Assembly (NCBI GenBank): GCA_964016885.1
Contig: OZ024740.1
Span: forward strand, 19,840,001 to 19,904,000
Direction of reading: 5' to 3'
From: Eledone cirrhosa
Taxonomy: Eukaryota
Length of the DNA stretch: 64,000 bases
In this document: positions 41,831 through 56,575 of the stretch, in pieces
Layout: the number at the start of each line of letters is the position of its first letter
How positions within the stretch are numbered: position 1 is the first letter of the stretch
Translations under genes and position numbers: made by a program
Notes under the pieces: model-generated
What the model saw: only the letters and a program-made list of their open reading frames with translations
Database searches by the model: none
What the model was told of the DNA's origin: nothing

Positions 41831-42379
41831 ACAGCTAACAACTGATGCAGTGTCCCGACAGCTAACAACTGATGCAGTGTCCCGACAGCTAACAACTGAT
41901 GCAGTGCTCAGACAGCTAACAACTTATGCAGTGCTCAGACAGCTAACAACTGATGCAGTGTCCTCTCGACAGCTAACAACTGATGCAGTGTCCTCTCGAC
42001 AGCTAACATCTGATGCAGTGTCTCGACAGCTAACAACTGATGCAGTGTCCACGCAGGTAACAACTGATGCAGTGTCCTCTCGACAGCTAACAACTTATGC
42101 AGTGTCCTCTCGACAGCTAACAACTGATGTAGTGTCCTCTATACAGCTAACAACTTATGCAGTGTCCTCTCGACAGCTAACAACTGATGCAGTGTCCTCT
42201 CGACAGCTAACAACTGATGCAGTGTCCCGACATCTAACAACTGATGCAGTGTCCCAACAGCTAACAACTGATGCAGTGTCCTCTCGACAGCTAACAACTG
42301 ATGCAGTGTCCCGACAGCTAACAACTGATGCAGTGTCCCAACAGCTAACAACTGATGCAGTGTCCTCTCGACAGCTAAC

Positions 42380-45300
42380 AACTGATGCAGTGTCCCGACA
42401 GCTAACAACTGATGCAGTGTCCTCTCGACAGCTAACAACTGATGCAGTGTCCTCTCGACAGCTAACAACTGATGCAGTGTCCCGACAACTAACAACTGAT
42501 GCAGTGTCCTCTCGACAGCTAACAACTGATGTAGTGTCCTCTCGACAGCTAACAACTGATGCAGTGTCCCGACAGCTAACAACTGATGCAGTGTCCTCGC
42601 GACAGCTAACAACTGATGCAGTGTCCCGACAGCTAACAACTGATGCAGTGTCCCGACAGCTAACAACTGATGCAGTGTCTCGACAGCTAACAACTGATGC
42701 AGTGTCCCGAGAGCTAACAACTGATGCAGTGTCTCGACAGCTAACAACTGATGCAGTGTCTCGACAGCTAACAACTGATGCAGTGTCCTTCCGACAGCTA
42801 ACAACTGATGCAGTGTCCTCTCGACAGCTAACAACTGATGCAGTGATTCGACAGCTAACAACTGATGCAGTGTCCTCTCGACAGCTAACAACTGATGCAG
42901 TGATTCGACATCTAACAACTGATACAGTGTCCTCTCGACAGCTAACAACTGTTGCAGTGTCCCGACAGCTAACAACTGATGCAGTGTCCTCTCGACAGCT
43001 AACAAATGATGCAGTGTCCTCTCGACAGCTAACAACTGATGCAGTGTACCGACAGCTAACAACTGATGCAGTGTCCTCTCGACAGCTAACAACTGATGCA
43101 GTGTCCTCTCGACAGCTAACAACTGATACAGTGTCCCGACAGCTAACAACTGATGCAGTGTCCTCTCGACAGCTAACAACTGATGCAGTGTCCTCTCGAC
43201 AGCTAACAACTGATGCAGTGTCCCGACAGCTAACAACTGATGCAGTGTCCTCTCGACAGCTAACAACTGATGCAGTGTCCCGACAGCTAACAACTGATGC
43301 AGTGTCCTCTCGAAAGCTAACAACTGATGCAGTATCCCGACAGCTAACAACTGATGCAGTGTCCCGACAGCTAACAACTGATGCAGTGCTCAGACAGCTA
43401 ACAACTTATGCAGTGCTCAGACAGCTAACAACTGATGCAGTGTCCTCTCGACAGCTAACAACTGATGCAGTGTCCTCTCGACAGCTAACATCTGATGCAG
43501 TGTCTCGACAGCTAACAACTGATGCAGTGTCCACGCAGGTAACAACTGATGCAGTGTCCTCTCGACAGCTAACAACTTATGCAGTGTCGTCTCGACAGCT
43601 AACAACTGATGTAGTGTCTCGACAGCTAACAACTGATGCAGTGTCCCGACAGCTAACAACTGATGCAGTGTCTCGACAGCTAACAACTGATGCAGTGTCT
43701 CGACAGCTAACAACTGATGCAGTGTCCTTCCGACAGCTAACAACTGATGCAGTGTCCTCTAGACAGCTAAAAACTGATGCAGTGATTCGACATCTAACAA
43801 CTGATGCAGTGTCCTCTCGACAGCTAACATCTGATGCAGTGTCTCGACAGCTAACAACTGATGCAGTGTCTCGACAGCTAACAACTGATGCAGTGTCCAT
43901 GCAGGTAATAACTGATGCAGTGTCCTCTCGACAGCTAACAACTTATGCAGTGTCCTCTCGACAGCTAACAACTGATGTAGTGTCCTCTCGACAGCTACCA
44001 ACTGATGAAGTGTCCTCTCGACAGCTAACAACTGATGCAATGTCCTCTATACAGCTAACAACTTATGCAGTGTCCTCTCGACAGCTAACAACTGATGCAG
44101 TGTCCTCTCGACAGCTAACAACTGATGCAGTGTCCCGACATCTAACAACTGATGCAGTGTCCCAACAGCTAACAACTGATGCAGTGTCCTCTCGACAGCT
44201 AACAACTGATGCAGTGTCCCGACAGCTAACAACTGATGCAGTGTCCCAACAGCTAACAACTGATGCAGTGTCCTCTCGACAGCTAACAACTGATGCAGTG
44301 TCCCGACAGCTAACAACTGATGCAGTGTCCTCTCGACAGCTAACAACTGATGCAGTGTCCTCTCGACAGCTAACAACTGATGCAGTGTCCCGACAGCTAA
44401 CAACTGATGCAGTGTCCTCTCGACAGCTAACAACTGATGTAGTGTCCTCTCGACAGCTAAAAACTGATGCAGTGTCCTCTCGACAGCTAACAACGGATGC
44501 AGTGTCCCGACAGCTAACAACTGATGCAGTGTCCTCTCGAAAGCTAACAACTGATGCAGTGTCCCGACAGCTAACAACTGATGCAGTGTCTCGACAGCTA
44601 ACAACTGATGCAGTGTCCCGACAGCTAACAACTGATGCAGTGTCTCGACAGCTAACAACTGATGCAGTGTCTCGACAGCTAACAACTGATGCAGTGTCCT
44701 TCCGACAGCTAACAACTGATGCAGTGTCCTCTCGACAGCTAACAACTGATGCAGTGATTCGACAGCTAACAACTGATGCAGTGTCCTCTCGACAGCTAAC
44801 AACTGATGCAGTGATTCGACATCTAACAACTGATACAGTGTCCTCTCGACAGCTAACAACTGTTGCAGTGTCCCAACAGCTAACAACTGATGCAGTGTCC
44901 TCTCGACAGCTAACAACTGATGCAGTGTCCCGACAGCTAACAACTGATGCAGTGTCCCGACAGCTAACAACTGATGCAGTGTCTCGACAGCTAACAACTG
45001 ATGTAGTGTCCCGACAGCTAACAACTGATGCAGTGTCTCGACAGCTAACAACTGATGCAGTGTCTCGACAGCTAACAACTGATGCAGTGTCTCGACATCT
45101 AACAACTGATGCAGTGTCCTTCCGACAGCTAACAACTGATGCAGTGTCCTCTCGACAGCTAACAACTGATGCAGTGATTCGACAGCTAACAACTGATGCA
45201 GTGTCCTCTCGACAGCTAACAACTGATGCAGTGATTCGACATCTAACAACTGATACAGTGTCCTCTCGACAGCTAACAACTGTTGCAGTGTCCCGACAGC

Positions 45301-48160
45301 TAACAACTGATGCAGTGCTCAGACAGCTAACAACTTATGCAGTGCTCAGACAGCTAACAACTGATGCAGTGTCCTCTCGACAGCTAACAACTGATGCAGT
45401 GATTCGACAGCTAACAACTGATGCAGTGTCCTCTCGACAGCTAACAACTGATGCAGTGATTCGACATCTAACAACTGATGCAGTATCCCGACAGCTAACA
45501 ACTGATGCAGTGTCCCGACAGCTAACAACTGATGCAGTGCTCAGACAGCTAACAACTTATGCAGTGCTCAGACAGCTAACAACTGATGCAGTGTCCTCTC
45601 GACAGCTAACAACTGATGCAGTGTCCTCTCGACAGCTAACATCTGATGCAGTGTCTCGACAGCTAACAACTGATGCAGTGTCCACGCAGGTAACAACTGA
45701 TGCAGTGTCCTCTCGACAGCTAACAACTTATGCAGTGTCCTCTCGACAGCTAACAACTGATGTAGTGTCCTCTCGACAGCTATCAACTGATGAAGTGTCC
45801 TCTCGACAGCTAACAACTGATGCAATGTCCTCTATACAGCTAACAACTTATGCAGTGTCCTCTCGACAGCTAACAACTGATGCAGTGACCTCTCGACAGC
45901 TAACAACTGATGCAGTGTCCCGACATCTAACAACTGATGCAGTGTCCCAACAGCTAACAACTGATGCAGTGTCCTCTCGACAGCTAACAACTGATGCAGT
46001 GTCCCGACAGCTAACAACTGATGCAGTGTCCTCTCGACAGCTAACAACTGATGCAGTGTCCTCTCGACAGCTAACAACTGATGCAGTGTCCCGACAACTA
46101 ACAACTGATGCAGTGTCCTCTCGACAGCTAACAACTGATGTAGTGTCCTCTCGACAGCTAACAACTGATGCAGTGTCCCGACAGCTAACAACTGATGCAG
46201 TGTCCTCGCGACAGCTAACAACTGATGCAGTGTCCCGACAGCTAACAACTGATGCAGTGTCCCGACAGCTAACAACTGATGCAGTGTCTCGACAGCTAAC
46301 AACTGATGCAGTGTCCCGACAGCTAACAACTGATGCAGTGTCTCGACAGCTAACAACTGATGCAGTGTCTCGACAGCTAACAACTGATGCAGTGTCCTTC
46401 CGACAGCTAACAACTGATGCAGTGTCCTCTCGACAGCTAACAACTGATGCAGTGATTCGACAGCTAACAACTGATGCAGTGTCCTCTCGACAGCTAACAA
46501 CTGATGCAGTGATTCGACATCTAACAACTGATACAGTGTCCTCTCGACAGCTAACAACTGTTGCAGTGTCCCGACAGCTAACAACTGATGCAGTGTCCTC
46601 TCGACAGCTAACAAATGATGCAGTGTCCTCTCGACAGCTAACAACTGATGCAGTGTACCGACAGCTAACAACTGATGCAGTGTCCTCTCGACAGCTAACA
46701 ACTGATGCAGTGTCCTCTCGACAGCTAACAACTGATGCAGTGTCCCGACAGCTAACAACTGATGCAGTGTCCTCTCGACAGCTAACAACTGATGCAGTGT
46801 CCTCTCGACAGCTAACAACTGATGCAGTGTCCCGACAGCTAACAACTGATGCAGTGTCCTCTTGACAGCTAACAACTGATGCAGTGTCCCGACAGCTAAC
46901 AACTGATGCAGTGTCCTCTCGAAAGCTAACAACTGATGCAGTATCCCGACAGCTAACAACTGATGCAGTGTCCCGACAGCTAACAACTGATGCACTGCTC
47001 AGACAGCTAACAACTTATGCAGTGCTCAGACAGCTAACAACTGATGCAGTGTCCTCTCAACAGCTAACAACTGATGCAGTGTCCTCTCGACAGCTAACAT
47101 CTGATGCAGTGTCTCGACAGCTAACAACTGATGCAGTGTCCACGCAGGTAACAACTGATGCAGTGTCCTCTCGACAGCTAACAACTTATGCAGTGTCGTC
47201 TCGACAGCTAACAACTGATGTAGTGTCTCGACAGCTAACAACTGATGCAGTGTCCCGACAGCTAAATACTGATGCAGTGTCTCGACAGCTAACAACTGAT
47301 GCAGTGTCTCGACAGCTAACAACTGATGCAGTGTCCTTCCGACAGCTAACAACTGATGCAGTGTCCTCTAGACAGCTAAAAACTGATGCAGTGATTCGAC
47401 ATCTAACAACTGATGCAGTGTCCTCTCGACAGCTAACATCTGATGCAGTGTCTCGACAGCTAACAACTGATGCAGTGTCTCGACAGCTAACAACTGATGC
47501 AGTGTCCATGCAGGTAACAACTGATGCAGTGTCCTCTCGACAGCTAACAACTTATGCAGTGTCCTCTCGACAGCTAACAACTGATGTAGTGTCCTCTCGA
47601 CAGCTAACAACTGATGAAGTGTCCTCTCGACAGCTAACAACTGATGCAATGTCCTCTATACAGCTAACAACTTATGCAGTGTCCTCTCGACAGCTAACAA
47701 CTGATGCAGTGTCCTCTCGACAGCTAACAACTGATGCAGTGTCCCGACATCTAACAACTGATGCAGTGTCCCAACAGCTAACAACTGATACAGTGTCCTC
47801 TCGACAGCTAACAACTGATGCAGTGTCCCGACAGCTAACAACTGATGCAGTGTCCCAACAGCTAACAACTGATGCAGTGTCCTCTCGACAGCTAACAACT
47901 GATGCAGTGTCCCGACAGCTAACAACTGATGCAGTGTCCTCTCGACAGCTAACAACTGATGCAGTGTCCTCTCGACAGCTAACAACTGATGCAGTGTCCC
48001 GACAGCTAACAACTGATGCAGTGTCCTCTCGACAGCTAACAACTGATGTAGTGTCCTCTCGACAGCTAACAACTGATGCAGTGTCCTCTCGACAGCTAAC
48101 AACGGATGCAGTGTCCCGACAGCTAACAACTGATGCAGTGTCCTCTCGAAAGCTAACAAC
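42380..48160 (+). repeat. Related higher-order blocks with 3,609-bp offset (about 42380-44550 and 45990-48160)
   Basis: CCCGACAACTA at ~42481/~46090, TCCTCGCGA, ACAAATGAT, GTGTCGTCT, and minus-ORF bounds 43417/47026, 43577/47186 and 43759/47368 are offset by 3,609. Confidence 0.85.
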
Positions 48161-51100
48161 TGATGCAGTGTCCCGACAGCTAACAACTGATGCAGTGTCC
48201 CGACAGCTAACAACTGATGCAGTGTCTCGACAGCTAACAACTGATGCAGTGTCCCGACAGCTAACAACTGATGCAGTGTCCTCTCGACAGCTAACAACTG
48301 ATGCAGTGTCCTCTCGACAGCTAACAACTGATGCAGTGTCCCGACAGCTAACAACTGATGCAGTGTCCTCTCGACAGCTAACAACTGATGCAGTGTCCCG
48401 ACAGCTAACAACTGATGCAGTGTCCTCTCGAAAGCTAACAACTGATGCAGTATCCCGACAGCTAACAACTGATGCAGTGTCCCGACAGCTAACAACTGAT
48501 GCAGTGCTCAGACAGCTAACAACTTATGCAGTGCTCAGACAGCTAACAACTGATGCAGTGTCCTCTCGACAGCTAACAACTGATGCAGTGTCCTCTCGAC
48601 AGCTAACATCTGATGCAGTGTCTCGACAGCTAACAACTGATGCAGTGTCCACGCAGGTAACAACTGATTCAGTGTCCTCTCGACAGCTAACAACTTATGC
48701 AGTGTCGTCTCGACAGCTAACAACTGATGTAGTGTCTCGACAGCTAACAACTGATGCAGTGTCCCGACAGCTAAATACTGATGCAGTGTCTCGACAGCTA
48801 ACAACTGATGCAGTGTCTCGACAGCTAACAACTGATGCAGTGTCCTTCCGACAGCTAACAACTGATGCAGTGTCCTCTAGACAGCTAAAAACTGATGCAG
48901 TGATTCGACATCTAACAACTGATGCAGTGTCCTCTCGACAGCTAACATCTGATGCAGTGTCTCGACAGCTAACAACTGATGCAGTGTCTCGACAGCTAAC
49001 AACTGATGCAGTGTCCATGCAGGTAACAACTGATGCAGTGTCCTCTCGACAGCTAACAACTTATGCAGTGTCCTCTCGACAGCTAACAACTGATGTAGTG
49101 TCCTCTCGACAGCTAACAACTGATGAAGTGTCCTCTCGACAGCTAACAACTGATGCAATGTCCTCTATACAGCTAACAACTTATGCAGTGTCCTCTCGAC
49201 AGCTAACAACTGATGCAGTGTCCTCTCGACAGCTAACAACTGATGCAGTGTCCCGACATCTAACAACTGATGCAGTGTCCCAACAGCTAACAACTGATAC
49301 AGTGTCCTCTCGACATCTAACAACTGATGCAGTGTCCCGACAGCTAACAACTGATGCAGTGTCCCAACAGCTAACAACTGATGCAGTGTCCTCTCGACAG
49401 CTAACAACTGATGCAGTGTCCCGACAGCTAACAACTGATGCAGTGTCCTCTCGACAGCTAACAACTGATGCAGTGTCCTCTCGACAGCTAACAACTGATG
49501 CAGTGTCCCGACAGCTAACAACTGATGCAGTGTCCTCTCGACAGCTAACAACTGATGTAGTGTCCTCTCGACAGCTAACAACTGATGCAGTGTCCTCTCG
49601 ACAGCTAACAACGGATGCAGTGTCCCGACAGCTAACAACTGATGCAGTGTCCTCTCGAAAGCTAACAACTGATGCAGTGTCCCGACAGCTAACAACTGAT
49701 GCAGTGTCCCGACAGCTAACAACTGATGCAGTGTCTCGACAGCTAACAACTGATGCAGTGTCCCGACAACTAACAACTGATGCAGTGTCTCGACAGCTAA
49801 CAACTGATGCAGTGTCTCGACAGCTAACAACTGATGCAGTGTCCTTCCGACAGCTAACAACTGATGCAGTGTCCTCTCGACAGCTAACAACTGATGCAGT
49901 GATTCGACAGCTAACAACTGATGCAGTGTCCTCTCGACAGCTAACAACTGATGCAGTGATTCGACATCTAACAACTGATACAGTGTCCTCTCGACAGCTA
50001 ACAACTGTTGCAGTGTCCCGACAGCTAACAACTGATGCAGTGTCCTCTCGACAGCTAACAACTGATGCAGTGTCCCGACAGCTAACAACTGATGCAGTGT
50101 CCCGACAGCTAACAACTGATGCAGTGTCTCGACAGCTAACAACTGATGCAGTGTCCCGACAGCTAACAACTGATGCAGTGTCTCGACATCTAACAACTGA
50201 TTCAGTGTCCTTCCGACAGCTAACAACTGATGCAGTGTCCTCTCGACAGCTAACAACTGATGCAGTGATTCGACAGCTAACAACTGATGCAGTGTCCTCT
50301 CGACAGCTAACAACTGATGCAGTGATTCGACATCTAACAACTGATACAGTGTCCTCTCGACAGCTAACAACTGTTGCAGTGTCCCGACAGCTAACAACTG
50401 ATGCAGTGTCCTCTCGACAGCTAACAACTGATGCAGTGTCCTCTCGACAGCTAACAATGATGCAGTGTACCGACAGCTAACAACTGATGCAGTGTCCTCT
50501 CGGCAGCTAACAACTGATGCAGTGTCCTCTCGACAGCTAACAACTGATGCAGTGTCCCGACAGCTAACAACTGATGCAGTGTCCTCTCGACAGCTAACAA
50601 CTGATGCAGTGTCCTCTCGACAGCTAACAACTGATGCAGTGTCCCGACAGCTAACAACTGATGCAGTGTCCTCTCGACAGCTAACAACTGATGCAGTGTC
50701 CCGACAGCTAACAACTGATGCATTGTCCTCTCGAAAGCTAACAACTGATGCAGTATCCCGACAGCTAACAACTGATGCAGTGTCCCGACAGCTAACAACT
50801 GATGCAGTGTCTCGACAGCTAACAACTGATGCAGTGTCCCGACAGCTAACAACTGATGCAGTGTCTCGACAGCTAACAACTGATGCAGTGTCTCGACAGC
50901 TAACAACTGATGCAGTGTCCTTCCGACAGCTAACAACTGATACAGTGTCCTCTCGACAGCTAAAAACTGATGCAGTGATTCGACATCTAACAACTGATGC
51001 AGTGTCCTCTCGACAGCTAACAACTGATGCAGTGATTCGACAGCTAACAACTGATGCAGTGTCCTCTCGACAGCTAACAACTGATGCAGTGATTCGACAT

Positions 51101-54100
51101 CTAACAACTGATGCATGTCCTCTAGACAGCTAACAACTGATGCAGTGTCCCGACAGCTAACAACTGATGCAGTGTCCTCTCGACAGCTAACAACTGATGC
51201 AGTGTCCTCTCGACAGCTAACAACTGATACAGTGTCCCGAAAGCTAACAACTGATGCAGTGTCTCGACATCTAACAACTGATGCAGTGTCCCGACAGCTA
51301 ACAACTGATACAGTGTCCCGACAGCTAACAACTGATGCAGTGTCCTCTCGACTGCTAACAACTGATGCAGTGTCCCGACAGCTAACAACTGATGCAGTGT
51401 CCCAACAGCTAACAACTGATGCAGTGTCCTCTCGACAGCTAACAACTGATGCAGTGTCCCGACAGCTAACAACTGATGCAGTGTCTCGACAGCTAACAAC
51501 TGATGCAGTGTCTCGACAGCTAACAACTGATGCAGTGTCCTTCCGACAGCTAACAACTGATGCAGTGTCCTCTCGACAGCTAACAACTGATGCAGTGATT
51601 CGACAGCTAACAACTGATGCAGTGTCCTCTCGACAGCTAACAACTGATGCAGTGATTCGACATCTAACAACTGATACAGTGTCCTCTCGACAGCTAACAA
51701 CTGTTGCAGTGTCCCGACAGCTAACAACTGATGCAGTGTCCTCTCGACAGCTAACAAATGATGCAGTGTCCTCTCGACAGCTAACAACTGATGCAGTGTA
51801 CCGACAGCTAACAACTGATGCAGTGTCCTCTCGACAGCTAACAACTGATGCAGTGTCCTCTCGACAGCTAACAACTGATGCAGTGTCCCGACAGCTAACA
51901 ACTGATGCAGTGTCCTCTCGACAGCTAACAACTGATGCAGTGTCCTCTCGACAGCTAACAACTGATGCAGTGTCCCGACAGCTAACAACTGATGCAGTGT
52001 CCTCTTGACAGCTAACAACTGATGCAGTGTCCCGACAGCTAACAACTGATGCAGTGTCCTCTCGAAAGCTAACAACTGATGCAGTATCCCGACAGCTAAC
52101 AACTGATGCAGTGTCCCGACAGCTAACAACTGATGCACTGCTCAGACAGCTAACAACTTATGCAGTGCTCAGACAGCTAACAACTGATGCAGTGTCCTCT
52201 CAACAGCTAACAACTGATGCAGTGTCCTCTCGACAGCTAACATCTGATGCAGTGTCTCGACAGCTAACAACTGATGCAGTGTCCACGCAGGTAACAACTG
52301 ATGCAGTGTCCTCTCGACAGCTAACAACTTATGCAGTGTCGTCTCGACAGCTAACAACTGATGTAGTGTCTCGACAGCTAACAACTGATGCAGTGTCCCG
52401 ACAGCTAAATACTGATGCAGTGTCTCGACAGCTAACAACTGATGCAGTGTCTCGACAGCTAACAACTGATGCAGTGTCCTTCCGACAGCTAACAACTGAT
52501 GCAGTGTCCTCTAGACAGCTAAAAACTGATGCAGTGATTCGACATCTAACAACTGATGCAGTGTCCTCTCGACAGCTAACATCTGATGCAGTGTCTCGAC
52601 AGCTAACAACTGATGCAGTGTCTCGACAGCTAACAACTGATGCAGTGTCCATGCAGGTAACAACTGATGCAGTGTCCTCTCGACAGCTAACAACTTATGC
52701 AGTGTCCTCTCGACAGCTAACAACTGATGTAGTGTCCTCTCGACAGCTAACAACTGATGAAGTGTCCTCTCGACAGCTAACAACTGATGCAATGTCCTCT
52801 ATACAGCTAACAACTTATGCAGTGTCCTCTCGACAGCTAACAACTGATGCAGTGTCCTCTCGACAGCTAACAACTGATGCAGTGTCCCGACATCTAACAA
52901 CTGATGCAGTGTCCCAACAGCTAACAACTGATACAGTGTCCTCTCGACAGCTAACAACTGATGCAGTGTCCCGACAGCTAACAACTGATGCAGTGTCCCA
53001 ACAGCTAACAACTGATGCAGTGTCCTCTCGACAGCTAACAACTGATGCAGTGTCCCGACAGCTAACAACTGATGCAGTGTCCTCTCGACAGCTAACAACT
53101 GATGCAGTGTCCTCTCGACAGCTAACAACTGATGCAGTGTCCCGACAGCTAACAACTGATGCACTGTCCTCTCGACAGCTAACAACTGATGTAGTGTCCT
53201 CTCGACAGCTAACAACTGATGCAGTGTCCTCTCGACAGCTAACAACGGATGCAGTGTCCCGACAGCTAACAACTGATGCAGTGTCCTCTCGAAAGCTAAC
53301 AACTGATGCAGTGTCCCGACAGCTAACAACTGATGCAGTGTCCCGACAGCTAACAACTGATGCAGTGTCTCGACAGCTAACAACTGATGCAGTGTCCCGA
53401 CAGCTAACAACTGATGCAGTGTCCTCTCGACAGCTAACAACTGATGCAGTGTCCTCTCGACAGCTAACAACTGATGCAGTGTCCCGACAGCTAACAACTG
53501 ATGCAGTGTCCTCTCGACAGCTAACAACTGATGCAGTGTCCCGACAGCTAACAACTGATGCAGTGTCCTCTCGAAAGCTAACAACTGATGCAGTATCCCG
53601 ACAGCTAACAACTGATGCAGTGTCCCGACAGCTAACAACTGATGCAGTGCTCAGACAGCTAACAACTTATGCAGTGCTCAGACAGCTAACAACTGATGCA
53701 GTGTCCTCTCGACAGCTAACAACTGATGCAGTGTCCTCTCGACAGCTAACATCTGATGCAGTGTCTCGACAGCTAACAACTGATGCAGTGTCCACGCAGG
53801 TAACAACTGATTCAGTGTCCTCTCGACAGCTAACAACTTATGCAGTGTCGTCTCGACAGCTAACAACTGATGTAGTGTCTCGACAGCTAACAACTGATGC
53901 AGTGTCCCGACAGCTAAATACTGATGCAGTGTCTCGACAGCTAACAACTGATGCAGTGTCTCGACAGCTAACAACTGATGCAGTGTCCTTCCGACAGCTA
54001 ACAACTGATGCAGTGTCCTCTAGACAGCTAAAAACTGATGCAGTGATTCGACATCTAACAACTGATGCAGTGTCCTCTCGACAGCTAACATCTGATGCAG

Positions 54101-56575
54101 TGTCTCGACAGCTAACAACTGATGCAGTGTCTCGACAGCTAACAACTGATGCAGTGTCCATGCAGGTAACAACTGATGCAGTGTCCTCTCGACAGCTAAC
54201 AACTTATGCAGTGTCCTCTCGACAGCTAACAACTGATGTAGTGTCCTCTCGACAGCTAACAACTGATGAAGTGTCCTCTCGACAGCTAACAACTGATGCA
54301 ATGTCCTCTATACAGCTAACAACTTATGCAGTGTCCTCTCGACAGCTAACAACTGATGCAGTGTCCTCTCGACAGCTAACAACTGATGCAGTGTCCCGAC
54401 ATCTAACAACTGATGCAGTGTCCCAACAGCTAACAACTGATACAGTGTCCTCTCGACATCTAACAACTGATGCAGTGTCCCGACAGCTAACAACTGATGC
54501 AGTGTCCCAACAGCTAACAACTGATGCAGTGTCCTCTCGACAGCTAACAACTGATGCAGTGTCCCGACAGCTAACAACTGATGCAGTGTCCTCTCGACAG
54601 CTAACAACTGATGCAGTGTCCTCTCGACAGCTAACAACTGATGCAGTGTCCCGACAGCTAACAACTGATGCAGTGTCCTCTCGACAGCTAACAACTGATG
54701 TAGTGTCCTCTCGACAGCTAACAACTGATGCAGTGTCCTCTCGACAGCTAACAACGGATGCAGTGTCCCGACAGCTAACAACTGATGCAGTGTCCTCTCG
54801 AAAGCTAACAACTGATGCAGTGTCCCGACAGCTAACAACTGATGCAGTGTCCCGACAGCTAACAACTGATGCAGTGTCTCGACAGCTAACAACTGATGCA
54901 GTGTCCCGACAACTAACAACTGATGCAGTGTCTCGACAGCTAACAACTGATGCAGTGTCTCGACAGCTAACAACTGATGCAGTGTCCTTCCGACAGCTAA
55001 CAACTGATGCAGTGTCCTCTCGACAGCTAACAACTGATGCAGTGATTCGACAGCTAACAACTGATGCAGTGTCCTCTCGACAGCTAACAACTGATGCAGT
55101 GATTCGACATCTAACAACTGATACAGTGTCCTCTCGACAGCTAACAACTGTTGCAGTGTCCCGACAGCTAACAACTGATGCAGTGTCCTCTCGACAGCTA
55201 ACAACTGATGCAGTGTCCCGACAGCTAACAACTGATGCAGTGTCCCGACAGCTAACAACTGATGCAGTGTCTCGACAGCTAACAACTGATGCAGTGTCCC
55301 GACAGCTAACAACTGATGCAGTGTCTCGACATCTAACAACTGATTCAGTGTCCTTCCGACAGCTAACAACTGATGCAGTGTCCTCTCGACAGCTAACAAC
55401 TGATGCAGTGATTCGACAGCTAACAACTGATGCAGTGTCCTCTCGACAGCTAACAACTGATGCAGTGATTCGACATCTAACAACTGATACAGTGTCCTCT
55501 CGACAGCTAACAACTGTTGCAGTGTCCCGACAGCTAACAACTGATGCAGTGTCCTCTCGACAGCTAACAACTGATGCAGTGTCCTCTCGACAGCTAACAA
55601 TGATGCAGTGTACCGACAGCTAACAACTGATGCAGTGTCCTCTCGGCAGCTAACAACTGATGCAGTGTCCTCTCGACAGCTAACAACTGATGCAGTGTCC
55701 CGACAGCTAACAACTGATGCAGTGTCCTCTCGACAGCTAACAACTGATGCAGTGTCCTCTCGACAGCTAACAACTGATGCAGTGTCCCGACAGCTAACAA
55801 CTGATGCAGTGTCCTCTCGACAGCTAACAACTGATGCAGTGTCCCGACAGCTAACAACTGATGCATTGTCCTCTCGAAAGCTAACAACTGATGCAGTATC
55901 CCGACAGCTAACAACTGATGCAGTGTCCCGACAGCTAACAACTGATGCAGTGTCTCGACAGCTAACAACTGATGCAGTGTCCCGACAGCTAACAACTGAT
56001 GCAGTGTCTCGACAGCTAACAACTGATGCAGTGTCTCGACAGCTAACAACTGATGCAGTGTCCTTCCGACAGCTAACAACTGATACAGTGTCCTCTCGAC
56101 AGCTAAAAACTGATGCAGTGATTCGACATCTAACAACTGATGCAGTGTCCTCTCGACAGCTAACAACTGATGCAGTGATTCGACAGCTAACAACTGATGC
56201 AGTGTCCTCTCGACAGCTAACAACTGATGCAGTGATTCGACATCTAACAACTGATGCATGTCCTCTAGACAGCTAACAACTGATGCAGTGTCCCGACAGC
56301 TAACAACTGATGCAGTGTCCTCTCGACAGCTAACAACTGATGCAGTGTCCTCTCGACAGCTAACAACTGATACAGTGTCCCGAAAGCTAACAACTGATGC
56401 AGTGTCTCGACATCTAACAACTGATGCAGTGTCCCGACAGCTAACAACTGATACAGTGTCCCGACAGCTAACAACTGATGCAGTGTCCTCTCGACTGCTA
56501 ACAACTGATGCAGTGTCCCGACAGCTAACAACTGATGCAGTGTCCCAACAGCTAACAACTGATGCAGTGTCCTCT
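46290..56575 (+). repeat. Near-identical tandem duplication, 2 x 5,143 bp (about 46290-51432 and 51433-56575), each containing an internal ~1,509-bp duplication
   Basis: ORFs 46884/52027 (both 1198 aa), 50465/55608 and 51115/56258 are offset by 5,143, and both 1-bp deletions are shared. One visible difference is GCAGTG at ~48018 vs GCACTG at ~53161. The internal offset of 1,509 is shown by 47186/48695 and 52329/53838. Confidence 0.95.
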
